From: Bryobacterales bacterium
GTDB lineage: Bacteria; Acidobacteriota; Terriglobia; Bryobacterales; UBA6623
DNA: 64,000 bases
Direction: 5' to 3'
NCBI GenBank assembly: GCA_028819215.1
Contig: JAPPMG010000053.1
Location: 30,280-94,279 of the forward strand
Below, one piece after another: positions 27,712 through 37,697 of the stretch. The notes beneath the pieces were generated by a model. That model did not search any database. It was not told where the DNA came from and saw only the letters and a program-made list of their open reading frames with translations. Position numbers and translations under genes: made by a program. Positions within the stretch are counted from its first letter, which is position 1, and every line of letters starts with the position of its first letter.

Positions 27712-28941
27712 CTATCGCGTGATCCCCGCGTTATCCGGCTGCCCGAGGAGCTGAAGGAGGCCCGTGGCCACCGCGTCGGCAAACTGCTGGTCGTTGATGC
27801 TTGCGTCCAACTCGACAACCGGGATCTCCGGGCGGAGATCCGCCTTGATTGCTTGGAACAGGGCCTCGTCCGCCTCGGGCCAATGGAAGGGCTGTCCCGG
27901 CGCAGAGATGACTGAGATCCCCCGCAGCGGCAGATAGACCGCCACCGGCCCCGTGGACGCGTTCAGCTTCTCAGCCAGCCGGCGTCCGAGTTCCCGGTTC
28001 TCCTCGGGTGTTGTTCGCATCAGGGTCACATTGGGATTGTGACGGTAGAACTGCCGCTTGCGATATTGCTCCGGAATCGACTCGGGAGCCCAGAAATTCA
28101 CCATGTCCAGGCAGCCTGGCGCAACCACGGCGGGAAGTCCGGCTCGGGCAGCGGCTTGCAGACGCGTCGGACCTGCACTCAGCACTCCCCCGGCGAGGTC
28201 ATCGGCCAGTTCCGTCGTTGTCACATCCAGCACCCCCGTGAAGAAGCCGGACGAGACGAGGCTCTCCATCGTCCGGCCCCCGGTGCCGGTCGCGTGGAAG
28301 ACCAGGACCTCGAACCCGGACGACTGCAGGATCGCTCTGGCCGCTTCGACACATTGGGTGGTGTTGCCGAACATCGAAGCCGCGATCATCGGCCTGTCCT
28401 CGCTCGCCGGGACGTCCGCCTGGGTCATGGCCACCACTGCCGCGGCCGCTTGGGCGATCACTTGCCGACTGATCCGGTTCAAGCCGCTGATGTCCACGAT
28501 GGACGGGATCATGGTGATGTCCTTCGAGCCTACGAACGCCGCGACGTCTCCTCCAGCGAGCGTGGAGATCATCACCTTGGGCACGCCCATGGGCAGGGCT
28601 CTCATCGCGGCTGTCGCGATCGTCGTTCCCGCGCTACCGCCGATACCGATCGCGGCCTGTATGCGACCCTGCTCGAAGAGATCCGGCACGATCTTCTCGA
28701 CTCCTCGGGTCATTGCCGCTACTGCCCGGCCGCGATCTCCTGATTCAGCTAGCGACTCGGTGCGCTCGCCAGCTGCGCGAGCCACCGTATCGCGCGCAAT
28801 GTCTGGCTCGATTGCTGGCGACTCGAATATTCCCGTGTCGATCATTAGGGTGTCGCATCCGCCACCGCGGATCTGTTCGGCGAGGAACGCGACTTCCGTC
28901 CCCTTGGTGTCAAGAGTTCCGATGACGGCGACAGTCAGCAC
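27712..28941 (-). CDS. UPF0261 family protein (Tm-1 N-terminal-like putative ATP-binding domain)
   Basis: VAVIGTLDTKGTEVAFLAEQIRGGGCDTLMIDTGI...GIGGSAGTTIATAAMRALPMGVPKVMISTLAGGD...FHATGTGGRTMESL is the UPF0261 pattern. It lies 27 nt upstream of its usual TIM-barrel partner. Confidence 0.75.
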   Translation of the reverse strand: MLTVAVIGTLDTKGTEVAFLAEQIRGGGCDTLMIDTGIFESPAIEPDIARDTVARAAGERTESLAESGDRGRAVAAMTRGVEKIVPDLFEQGRIQAAIGIGGSAGTTIATAAMRALPMGVPKVMISTLAGGDVAAFVGSKDITMIPSIVDISGLNRISRQVIAQAAAAVVAMTQADVPASEDRPMIAASMFGNTTQCVEAARAILQSSGFEVLVFHATGTGGRTMESLVSSGFFTGVLDVTTTELADDLAGGVLSAGPTRLQAAARAGLPAVVAPGCLDMVNFWAPESIPEQYRKRQFYRHNPNVTLMRTTPEENRELGRRLAEKLNASTGPVAVYLPLRGISVISAPGQPFHWPEADEALFQAIKADLRPEIPVVELDASINDQQFADAVATGLLQLLGQPDNAGITR

Positions 28942-29266
28942 GACGACCTTGAGTCTAGGAAATCACGGGACCGCGTGCGCGGAGGGCGTTTCGGCGCTGG
29001 CAGCGAACCAGCGTTCGGGCGTATATTAGACTGCGCACCTTGAGGTGGACAGCGTAAGGCCGCAGCTTTGTCAGGACCAGGCGACATCGGGCGTCGCGCT
29101 GGATTGGAGTGATTCTGGCAGAGAGCGCTGAGCGCGCTGGAGGATCGCACGCCGCGCGGCAGCAGCCGAGGCGAATGCCGGCTAGTGTGGAGCAGCGGGA
29201 GCATTCGAGTTTGGGGCCGAAGAACACGGCTCGATCCACCAGCCAATGATTGAGAGGAACTGCGAT

Positions 29267-30562
29267 ATGAGACAACGTGCAAGAACCGGAGACACGGCTT
29301 CGAGACCGATGAGCCGACGCGATCTTCTCGGCCTAGCGGCGATTCTCGCCGGCTCCGGAAAGGCGGCTTCGGGGCAACAGCCATGGCCGCTAGAACCCGG
29401 CCTCGAGATCACGGATGTCCGCGTCGTGAGAACCCGTGCGAAGAACCCGCTGCCGTCCTACGAACCGACTCCGGGCTCGTACTGGAGCACCCGCGAGGCG
29501 GCCCGGCCGATCGAGATTCACCCCGAGTACACCGGCAAGCGGGGCCCGGGATCCAAGTGGATGCCTGACCGGTCCCTAGGCAGCGCCACCATCGAGGTCA
29601 GCACGAACAAGGGATTGAAGGGCTACGGCCGCGCCGGCTCGGCGGGGGGTCCCTTCGTCGAGCCGGCCCTGAAGAAGCTGCTGGTCGGCAAGAACCCGCT
29701 GGATGTGGAGCGCCTCTGGGACGTGATGTGGCGAGCGACGCTGTTCTACGGCCGCGCCGGGGCGGTGGTGCACGCGATCAGCGGCGCGGATCTTGCTCTG
29801 TGGGATCTCGTGGGCAAGGCATTCGGCGTCCCGGTGTACAAGCTTGCCGGGGGCAGGACTTGGGAGCGCATTCCCTGCTACGCCACCGGAAACGACGTCG
29901 AGCAGAGCTTGGAATTCGGCTATACGAAGGTCAAGCTGGCCCTCCAGCACGGCCCTCCGGACGGTCGCGAGGGCCTCAAGAAGAACGTCGAGCACGTCAA
30001 GCGGACACGCGAGCTGGTGGGTCCGGACGGAGAAATCATGATCGACTGCTGGATGGCACTCTCGGAGGCGTACACGATCCAGTTGGCGCAGGAATTGGAA
30101 CCGTACCGGGTCTACTGGCTTGAAGAGGTGTTGATGCCGGACGAGTACGACGGGTTCGGGCGGCTTAACTCCCAGATCACCTCCACATTCCTCGCCACCG
30201 GCGAACACGAGTACACACGCTACGGATTCGGGCGGCTGGCCCACTATGGGGCGGTCGACATCTGGCAGCCGGACATCAACTGGTGCGGCGGGATGAGCGA
30301 GATGAAGAAGATCGGCGCAATGGCTCTGGAACAAGGGATCCAAGTGATTCCCCACGCCGGCGGCGCTACCGACTGCATTCACTACCTCGCCACGCTGCCT
30401 CAGATGACATGGGCCGAGACTACGATTCCAGCTCCGGGCGGCCCACAAGAGGTCTACGAGATGTTCGCCGAGCAGCGACTTATGAGCCGCGGGCCGGAGG
30501 GCGTGTACATCCAGCCGTCCGAGGAGCCTGGATTCGGCTGGAACTTCGAGGTGGCAGGCTGA
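29267..30562 (+). CDS. Enolase-superfamily (mandelate racemase/muconate lactonizing) enzyme with Tat signal peptide
   Basis: The ATG at 29267 has GAGGA 8 nt upstream. The twin-arginine motif is MSRRDLLGLAAILAGSGKAASG. ISGADLALWDLVGKAFGVPVYKLAGG, IMIDCWMA, YWLEE, LATGEHE and IWQPDINWCGG are MR/MLE metal-ligand and barrel motifs. Confidence 0.85.
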   Translation: MRQRARTGDTASRPMSRRDLLGLAAILAGSGKAASGQQPWPLEPGLEITDVRVVRTRAKNPLPSYEPTPGSYWSTREAARPIEIHPEYTGKRGPGSKWMPDRSLGSATIEVSTNKGLKGYGRAGSAGGPFVEPALKKLLVGKNPLDVERLWDVMWRATLFYGRAGAVVHAISGADLALWDLVGKAFGVPVYKLAGGRTWERIPCYATGNDVEQSLEFGYTKVKLALQHGPPDGREGLKKNVEHVKRTRELVGPDGEIMIDCWMALSEAYTIQLAQELEPYRVYWLEEVLMPDEYDGFGRLNSQITSTFLATGEHEYTRYGFGRLAHYGAVDIWQPDINWCGGMSEMKKIGAMALEQGIQVIPHAGGATDCIHYLATLPQMTWAETTIPAPGGPQEVYEMFAEQRLMSRGPEGVYIQPSEEPGFGWNFEVAG

Positions 30563-30607
30563 AACGGGGCCGGCACGCCCCTCGGCCGTTCAAGGGAGGC
30601 ATTTGCA

Positions 30608-31828
30608 ATGCATCGTCGTAGCATCCTTAAGCTCGCACCGGCAGCGCTCGGACCCTGCCTGCCGGCGTTCCTGGCAGCGCAACGGCGGAATCAGCAATCC
30701 CGGGTCCGGATCACCAAGATCGAGACCTTCCGGATCCGCATTCCACCGGAAGGCGGCCAGCCGCCCGACCCGTTTCGCATCTACGCCTACCAAGTCAACC
30801 GGGTCCACACCGATTCCGGGATCGTCGGCACCTCATTCGTCCGGGGCGACACTGAGCTCATCGAGCGCTGGGCCAAGCCCGTGCTCGAAGGCGAGGATCT
30901 CTTCGCCGTCGACCGACACCTCCGGCGCCTCCAGATGCAGCGCGGCGAATCCGGCGTGCAGGGCTGGTCAGGCGTCGAGCATGCCATGTGGGACGCCATC
31001 GGGCGGGCGGCTGGCCTGCCCGTGGCGCGACTGCTGGGTGGATCGCGAGACCGACTGAAGGTCTACCGGACCTGCGTGTTCCCGGGCAAACCGGACCAGT
31101 CCGACGTGCCGTACGAAACCCAGGCCGAATATGCCGTCCGGCTCAAAGAAGCCGGGTACGGAGCCATGAAGGTGCGCGCTTGGCGGCCCCGGCCCATGGA
31201 CGACGTGGAAATGCTGGCCGTCGCGCGCCAGGCTGTCGGCGAGGACTTCGAGATCATGTTCGACCGGACGGCGGTGCGGCCGGGATGGGTGTGGGACTAC
31301 GACACAGCCCTGCAGGTGGCTCGCGGCATGGAGCGCTACAACGCCCGCTGGTTGGAAGAGCCGTTCGACGGCCACGACCTTGAGGGGCCCGCGCGGCTGG
31401 CCGCTGAGGTCGACATCCCGATTACTGGCGGGGAACTCGGCAAGAGCATTCACCAGTTCCTAGCATTCTTGACGCACAAGACGTACGACGTGCTGCAGCC
31501 TGACACGCGCATCTGCGGTGGCATCTTGAACGCCCGCAAGATCAGCATCCTGGCCGAGGCATTCCATGTCCCGTGCATCCAGCACGGCACGAACGGCCTT
31601 TCGCTGGCCGGCTACATCCAGGCCGGATGCGCGATGCCCAACTGCGACTACCAAGAGATGATCGGCCAGCCTAACCTGCCGGAAGAACAATGGTCGCCGG
31701 CGCTGCGGATTCTGCGCACCCCCCACGTCTTCGAGATTGAGAACGGCTATGTGAAGCTTCCGGACCTGCCCGGACTTGGCCTTGATATTGACGAAGACGC
31801 GATCGAGGAGTACCGGGCCCGAGCCTGA
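30608..31828 (+). CDS. Second enolase-superfamily (MR/MLE) enzyme with Tat-like signal peptide
   Basis: AGGGAGG lies 8 nt upstream of the ATG. The N-terminus is MHRRSILKLAPAALGPCLPAFLAAQ. VEHAMWDAIGRAAGLPVARLLGG, IMFDRTA, RWLEEP, ITGGE and LQPDTRICGG are present. Confidence 0.85.
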   Translation: MHRRSILKLAPAALGPCLPAFLAAQRRNQQSRVRITKIETFRIRIPPEGGQPPDPFRIYAYQVNRVHTDSGIVGTSFVRGDTELIERWAKPVLEGEDLFAVDRHLRRLQMQRGESGVQGWSGVEHAMWDAIGRAAGLPVARLLGGSRDRLKVYRTCVFPGKPDQSDVPYETQAEYAVRLKEAGYGAMKVRAWRPRPMDDVEMLAVARQAVGEDFEIMFDRTAVRPGWVWDYDTALQVARGMERYNARWLEEPFDGHDLEGPARLAAEVDIPITGGELGKSIHQFLAFLTHKTYDVLQPDTRICGGILNARKISILAEAFHVPCIQHGTNGLSLAGYIQAGCAMPNCDYQEMIGQPNLPEEQWSPALRILRTPHVFEIENGYVKLPDLPGLGLDIDEDAIEEYRARA

Positions 31829-32133
31829 CCGGATCGCCGAAACGGGGGAAGAAGCCCCGCTGGAGGGCATCATGCAGTTCGATGTCACCTGCAGTGACAG
31901 CCGGGGGTGCGTTGAGCCGTCAGAGTTTGCCGAGGGGGCCAATGATACTCAGGGCAGGACGCCTTCGAGTGTCGGCGGGCCGGGCAGAGAACAGAAGTCG
32001 AGATCGATTCGCATATGTCTCGCTGGATCTTGGACCCGGCCGGGTCTCCGGCGTGCGAGCGCAAACACGGGGTCGGCACTAGGCGGTCTCGCCGGTGCCG
32101 GTCGGACGATCGATCCAGACAATGGAGGGACCC

Positions 32134-33315
32134 ATGCGAGAAGATGACGCCATGCGAGTGACGAGACGAGACTTGGGAAATGCGGCACTAGCCGGAGCTG
32201 CTATGCGACTGGCGCCCGCCGCGGCACAGCAGCAATCCCGGTGGAACCCCTTGGTACCGGGCACGCAAGCGCCGGAGGCAAAGGAGCGGATGGACCGGCC
32301 CGATACGAAGCCCTTGCAGCTGGCATCGGCCGACCCTTTTGCGCCGGACGCCGGGATCGGAATCGGTCATCGCTTCCCCCCACAGCCTGAGCAGGAGGTC
32401 TTCGATTTCTATCGCGCGTCGGGCATCGAGTACGGCAGCGTGCTGGCACGCCTGGGAGAAGTCAACTACGACTGGATGGCTCGCATGAAGGAGCGTATGG
32501 AGGAACGAGGCGTCCGTTTGCTGAACGTCAACGTCGTCGGACTGCATTGTGACCCGGTCATCGTCCTGGGGCTCTCCGGGGTCGAGGAGAAGCTGGAACT
32601 GTACCGGCAGTTCCTGCGCGACGCAGGTAAAGCGGGAATTCCGTACACCACGTACGGGCACATGGCAAATCTACGGCTGCGCTACGGGGTGACGGCGCGC
32701 GTTCCGACCCGCGGGCAGCGGGCGCGCCAGTTTGACGCGAACGTGGCGACGAGTTTTCCGCTCTCGCACGACCGCAGCTATTCCGAGGACGAGATCTGGA
32801 ATTCGTTCACGAGGTTCGCGAAAGCCGTTGTCCCGGTCGCCGAAGACGCCGGAGTGCGCATCGGCCTTCACCCTGATGATCCGCCCTTGCCGACCCTTGG
32901 CGGCGTGGCGCGAGTGTTTCGCAACTACGAGGGCTACAGGCGCGCCCTCGAGATCACCGACAGCCCAAACTTCGGGTACTGCTTCTGCATGGGCACGTGG
33001 GCGGAGGGAGGCGAGAGGACGGGCAAGTCCGTGATCGAGATGATTCGCGAGTTCGCACCCCAGGGAAAGATCTTCAAGGTACACTTTCGCAACGTTGACC
33101 AACCGATGCCACGGTTCACCGAAACCTTCGTCGACGACGGCTACATCGACATGATCCAAGCGCTCAGGGAACTGCGGAAAGCAAACTTCAACGGCGTCAT
33201 CGTTCCCGATCATGTTCCCGGCATGAGGCCGATGGGCGACAGCAACACAGCCTACACGGTGGGCTACATGCGAGCGTTGAGGGATGTCATCAACCGCGAG
33301 TTTGCCGAGGGGTGA
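32134..33315 (+). CDS. Mannonate dehydratase (UxuA) family protein with Tat-like signal
   Basis: The start at 32134 has GGAGGGA 4 nt upstream; alternatives are 32095, 32122 and 32152. The N-terminus is MRVTRRDLGNAALAGAAMRLAPAAAQQ. FAKAVVPVAEDAGVRIGLHPDDPPLPTLGG...KVHFRNV...VPDHVPGM parallels E. coli UxuA ([30 protein letters not shown]...THLRST...RPDHG). Confidence 0.8.
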   Translation: MREDDAMRVTRRDLGNAALAGAAMRLAPAAAQQQSRWNPLVPGTQAPEAKERMDRPDTKPLQLASADPFAPDAGIGIGHRFPPQPEQEVFDFYRASGIEYGSVLARLGEVNYDWMARMKERMEERGVRLLNVNVVGLHCDPVIVLGLSGVEEKLELYRQFLRDAGKAGIPYTTYGHMANLRLRYGVTARVPTRGQRARQFDANVATSFPLSHDRSYSEDEIWNSFTRFAKAVVPVAEDAGVRIGLHPDDPPLPTLGGVARVFRNYEGYRRALEITDSPNFGYCFCMGTWAEGGERTGKSVIEMIREFAPQGKIFKVHFRNVDQPMPRFTETFVDDGYIDMIQALRELRKANFNGVIVPDHVPGMRPMGDSNTAYTVGYMRALRDVINREFAEG

Positions 33316-33466
33316 CCGAACGCTGCCGGCTGCCTCGGATCCGACCCCCGAGGTCCAAGATACTGTGCCTCTCCCGACGTGCGGGCTTCCGCAGCCGCTT
33401 TCGTCACCCACCGCGCGGCCGCTCCCAATTCTGCGGCGCTATACTCCTGCCGTGCTCTGCTCTCCC

Positions 33467-34426
33467 ATGCGACTGTTGGCCGTCGGTCTCGTGTCCCTAG
33501 CCTGCGCTTCCAGCACCGGCGCGGATGTTGCCAGCGAACTCCAAAGGATGCTCGCCAGCCATCCAGACGCCGATGCCAACGCGGACGGCGCACTCACCCA
33601 GGAAGAAGCCGCAAACTACATCTTCCACACGAGACAAGGCGGCCGCATGAACCGCGGGCCGGGCATTCGGAACCGGAGCTTGATCGACGCTTACGAAGCG
33701 CGCACGCACGAGTCAATGCCATACCGCCTTTTGAAGCCGATTCACATCGAATCCGGGAAGCGCTATCCGCTGATAGTCAGTCTTCACGGTTCCGGCGGCG
33801 TCGGCGACGACAACCTGAGCAATCTCCGGTTCTGGAACGGCGTCATGGCGCAGCAGCAGTGGCGGCAGAAGTACCCCTGCTTCGTGTTAGTCCCGCAACG
33901 ACGGCCAGGAGGTATCTGGGGACCGAAACCCGACGTGCCCGGAACGGAAGATCTCTTTGTCCGCGACGACTTGAACCAAGCCTTCGAGATTATCGAATCG
34001 CTCCAACAGGAGTTTCCGATTGACTCCGACCGCATCTACGCGCTGGGCTCGTCGGGGGGTGGTGCCGGCACGTGGAACATCGTTGTCGCTCGACCAGACA
34101 TGTTCGCAGCGGCGATTCCGGTCTGCGCACGATTCAATCCCGCCCACGCGTCCAGATTGGCCCATCTGCCAATCTGGGTGTTCCACGGCGATGCCGACCA
34201 GCTCATCTCGGTCGAGCATTCGCGTAGCGCGTTCGCCGCCCTACGCGAGGCGGGGGGCAATATCAAATACACGGAGTTGCGGGGCGTCAGGCATTCGTCA
34301 TGGATCCAGGCCTTCACCTATGTCGGCGACGACGAGTCGAAGGGATACCTGACGCGGCTCGGAAGCGAGGAATCCGATCCCACCGCCGACGTCTGGGAGT
34401 GGCTCTTCGCGCGCCGGAAGCAGTAG
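33467..34426 (+). CDS. Secreted alpha/beta-hydrolase esterase with an N-terminal EF-hand-like loop
   Basis: Start set at the ATG at 33467 (MRLLAVGLVSLACASS). DANADGALTQEE is a DxNxDGxxxxxE loop. PLIVSLHGSGG, the nucleophile elbow ALGSSGGG, and FHGDAD...RHSSW complete an esterase-type catalytic triad. Confidence 0.75.
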   Translation: MRLLAVGLVSLACASSTGADVASELQRMLASHPDADANADGALTQEEAANYIFHTRQGGRMNRGPGIRNRSLIDAYEARTHESMPYRLLKPIHIESGKRYPLIVSLHGSGGVGDDNLSNLRFWNGVMAQQQWRQKYPCFVLVPQRRPGGIWGPKPDVPGTEDLFVRDDLNQAFEIIESLQQEFPIDSDRIYALGSSGGGAGTWNIVVARPDMFAAAIPVCARFNPAHASRLAHLPIWVFHGDADQLISVEHSRSAFAALREAGGNIKYTELRGVRHSSWIQAFTYVGDDESKGYLTRLGSEESDPTADVWEWLFARRKQ

Positions 34427-34573
34427 CTGACAGAAATCAAGGCTCCTTCGCCCACAGGCGTCGAAATGCGGATCGTCCGAGTCGACGGAGCCGAACGGCT
34501 GCTTCCTGAGCTGCCTCACCGAATTGCTGGAATCGAGCGGCGATTCGTCGGAGCGGATCCCGCCCGCGACGCT

Positions 34574-35796
34574 CTATCGAACCTCGTGATAGTCGGAACT
34601 AGCGGTCAGGCCGTCGCTCCGGACGTTCACGAACCACGCGGTCGCCATATCAGGCAGGTCGGCGGTCACTAGCCAGGCTTCGCCTGCGCGGGAGAGCTTC
34701 GCGGCCGATTGCCTCCACTCTCGGGAGCCCGTGAAGCCCGAGTCACTTGTCCAGACGAGCGCGGCACCATCGAGCGGCTTGGCAGCCCTGAACCGGACGC
34801 GCACGGTGCCGTCAGTGAGGTCGGACTCGGTCTTTGCGAGCCAAGGCTCTCCCGAACTGACGACGCTGTCAGCGAAAGCGTAGCTGTCAGGCGGATTCCA
34901 GCCCGCCCGGTGGCCGTGTCTCATACCCGGTATCAGAGAAACCATGCGCGGGCCCGGAGCGGAGCGGTAGCAAGCGGCTTGAGAGTCGAGCGGGAAGGCT
35001 GCGTCGCCGGGCCATGAAAGCCACAGCACTGGAGTGCGCACGCGATCCATGCGCACCATCGGGTCCCAGACCTCGCGGTAGAGTCGATTGCTGCTGAGGG
35101 CCTCTCCCCAGTGGTTGGCGGAGTCGAAAAGATGCCCGCATCCATAAGTGGGGATCGCAAACGCAAAGCGCGAGTCGATGCCGATGACGGTGGCGGTGAT
35201 GACACCGCCCCGGAGATTCCCATCAGCCCTACGTTCTCGGCATCAACCTGGGGCAAAGACCGGAGCAGAGAATTCGCGAGCACCGTATCCGCCACGGCGT
35301 GGTACATCCACTGGTCCCGCAAGGGTTCGGAGGAGTCAGCGTAGATCCCGTCGCGCTTTGGACCGGGCCAGGCATGTCGCTTCCAGGACCGCCTGGCACC
35401 GGCCGGAACTTGGTCGGCCTCATCGGTCTGGCCTTCGACGGCAATCGAGATCGCGGCGTAGCCGCGTTCGGTCCATTTCTCGACCCATTCCCGAAAGGCC
35501 GTGCCGCCCCCTCCGTGGACAAGCACAATGGCGGGAACCTTGCCGTCGCGAATCTGCGGAAGGCCCAGCCATGCGAAGACCCTGGTGGGTCTGCCCTTCC
35601 AAGCCAGTCCCTCGAAGTAGATCGCCTCTAGACCGCCATCGTTGGCGAAGCCTTCCGCAGGGAATCGGGCAGGTGCTGCCGTAAGGTTGCCAAGCTCGAG
35701 CACCAGTCGCTGCCCTTCAGCGAAATCCCCCGCAGCAGCGAGATGGGCCGCCGGGACCAGCAATGCAACCAAGAGCTGGAAGAAGCTGACTCTCAT
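34574..35796 (-). pseudogene. Acetylxylan-esterase-like alpha/beta hydrolase interrupted by a 1-nt frameshift at the GxSxG nucleophile elbow (pseudogene or assembly error)
   Basis: ORF 34933..35820 reads sensibly up to ...NVGLMGISG and then turns to junk. Shifting one base at the C-run 35208-35211 gives GGVITATVIGIDSRFAFAIPTYGCGHLFDSANHWGEALSSNRLYREVWDPMVRMDRVRTPVLWLSWPGD..., which joins ORF 34574..35059. The signal peptide is MRVSFFQLLVALLVPAAHLAAA. Confidence 0.75.
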
Positions 35797-36013
35797 TGCC
35801 CAAGGCCTCGCAATAGCCATCGCACGGCGCTCTGCTGTAGCTTGACATTTTTTTGGATTGCCCGCAGCGACGAAATCTTCAGCTCCTATCGAAGGCTATA
35901 GTTGGACCCAAGGAAAATGACGGGCGGGATGTCTACTGCGCCTCAGGCCCGTCTCGGCGGCAGGCCGCGTTCCCGTACGGGCAGACGAATCACCCCGGCA
36001 CTCGGCGCACGCA

Positions 36014-36757
36014 TCAGTGCGAAAGGATCTGGCTGAGGAACAGCTTGGATCGATCACTCTCGGGATGGGCGAAAAACCGTTCCGGAGGAGCTGACTCGAC
36101 GATTCTGCCTGCGTCCATGAACACCACTTCGTCGGCGACGGTTCTGGCGAATCCCATCTCGTGCGTGACGACGATCATCGTCATGCCGCTCTGGGCGAGA
36201 TCGGCCATCACGTCCAGAACCTCCTTGATCATCTCGGGGTCCAGCGCCGACGTCGGCTCGTCGAACAGCATGATCCTTGGCTGCATGCACAGCGACCGGG
36301 CGATGGCAACCCGCTGCTGCTGGCCTCCTGAGAGCTCCCCGGGATACTTCTCTGCCTGTTCAGGGATTCTGACGCGGGCGAGGTATTCCATCGCCCGGTC
36401 CCGAGCCTCGGCCCTCGACAGCCCGCGGACCTTGTTCGGCCCGAGCATGCAGTTTTCGGCAACCGTCAGATGGGGAAAGAGGTTGAATTGCTGAAACACC
36501 ATTCCGACCTCCTTGCGGACTGCTGCGACACTCTTCGAATCGTCGCCGAGTTCGTGCCCGTCAACTACGATCCGTCCCTCCTGATGCTCCTCGAGTCGGT
36601 TGATGCAGCGGATCAGGGTGGACTTGCCTGACCCTGAGGGGCCGCAGATCACCACGCGCTCGCACTCGCGAACCTGGAAATTGATGTCCTTGAGAACGTG
36701 GAAATCACCGAACCACTTGTTCACGTCCTCAAACTCGATCACGACCCTGGCAGGCAC
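36014..36757 (-). CDS. Polar amino-acid ABC transporter ATP-binding protein
   Basis: [10 protein letters not shown] (Walker A), [15 protein letters not shown] (signature), [11 protein letters not shown] (Walker B), VVTHEMGFA. Confidence 0.93.
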   Translation of the reverse strand: MPARVVIEFEDVNKWFGDFHVLKDINFQVRECERVVICGPSGSGKSTLIRCINRLEEHQEGRIVVDGHELGDDSKSVAAVRKEVGMVFQQFNLFPHLTVAENCMLGPNKVRGLSRAEARDRAMEYLARVRIPEQAEKYPGELSGGQQQRVAIARSLCMQPRIMLFDEPTSALDPEMIKEVLDVMADLAQSGMTMIVVTHEMGFARTVADEVVFMDAGRIVESAPPERFFAHPESDRSKLFLSQILSH

Positions 36758-36776
36758 TTGGACTCCTTCTGGACCC

Positions 36777-37667
36777 TTATTGTCCCGCCACCGCCATGCG
36801 CCTCTCGAGTCGGTTGAACAGCAGCGCGCAGCAAAAGCACAGGCCGAAATACAGCGCGGCGACGGTGATCCAGACCTCGAACAAGCGGGTCGTCGACACG
36901 GCAGTCTCCACCGCTAGGTACGTCAGCTCCTGGATCGAGATCAGCGACACAATGGAGGAGTCCTTCACCAGCGTGATGAACTGCCCGGCCAGCGGGGGAA
37001 CCACCCGCTGGACGGCCTGGGGAAGGATGACGTGCTGCATGAGCTGCCGGCGGGAGAGCCCGACGCTGCGGGCGGCCTCCGTCTGGGTCCTGGGGACCGA
37101 CTGGATGCCGGCCCGCACGATTTCCGTCACGTAGGCGCCCTCCAACATTGCGAGGCAGAGGACTCCGGAGATCACGTTCGGAATGAGGTTCGACGGCCCG
37201 AACAGGACTTCCAGCCAGGCCAGCGTCCGCGGGGAGGCGTCCCGGACGAACTCCTCGACGCCGAGCAACGGCATGATCTGGCTGCTGACGAAGAAATAGA
37301 AGATGAAGACGAACACCAGCGGCGGGATGTTGCGGACCAGCTCGACGTAGGCCCGGCTGAGCATGCGGGGAAATAGGCGCCTGCCCGTGCGCATGATGCC
37401 GAACACGACGCCGATGATCGCGGCCAAGGCGATGCCCCACAGCGCAAGCCGAAGCGTCGTGGCGAGACCCTGCATCAGCAGATTCGCGACCCAGCGCTGC
37501 TGCTCTTCGTCCCAGCGATACAGGTAGCCCGGGATGCCGGACCAGTCCCATCGGTACTCCAGCACCGAATCGACCCGGTAGCCGACGTAGGCAGTCGCGG
37601 CGATCAGCACGGCGAAGACCAGAACATCGACCCAACCCAGCCGGAGTCTCTTGCGATGCGATGCCAT
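36777..37667 (-). CDS. Amino-acid ABC transporter permease
   Basis: Multi-pass hydrophobic protein with the EAA loop [25 protein letters not shown]. Confidence 0.9.
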   Translation of the reverse strand: MASHRKRLRLGWVDVLVFAVLIAATAYVGYRVDSVLEYRWDWSGIPGYLYRWDEEQQRWVANLLMQGLATTLRLALWGIALAAIIGVVFGIMRTGRRLFPRMLSRAYVELVRNIPPLVFVFIFYFFVSSQIMPLLGVEEFVRDASPRTLAWLEVLFGPSNLIPNVISGVLCLAMLEGAYVTEIVRAGIQSVPRTQTEAARSVGLSRRQLMQHVILPQAVQRVVPPLAGQFITLVKDSSIVSLISIQELTYLAVETAVSTTRLFEVWITVAALYFGLCFCCALLFNRLERRMAVAGQ

Positions 37668-37697
37668 TTTCTTGTTCGCCGCCGGGTCTGCTACGGG

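Noticed and set aside
35843-35848. TTGACA followed by a T7 run as a plus-strand promoter
   Set aside because: There is no -10 element at proper spacing and no plus-strand gene downstream.
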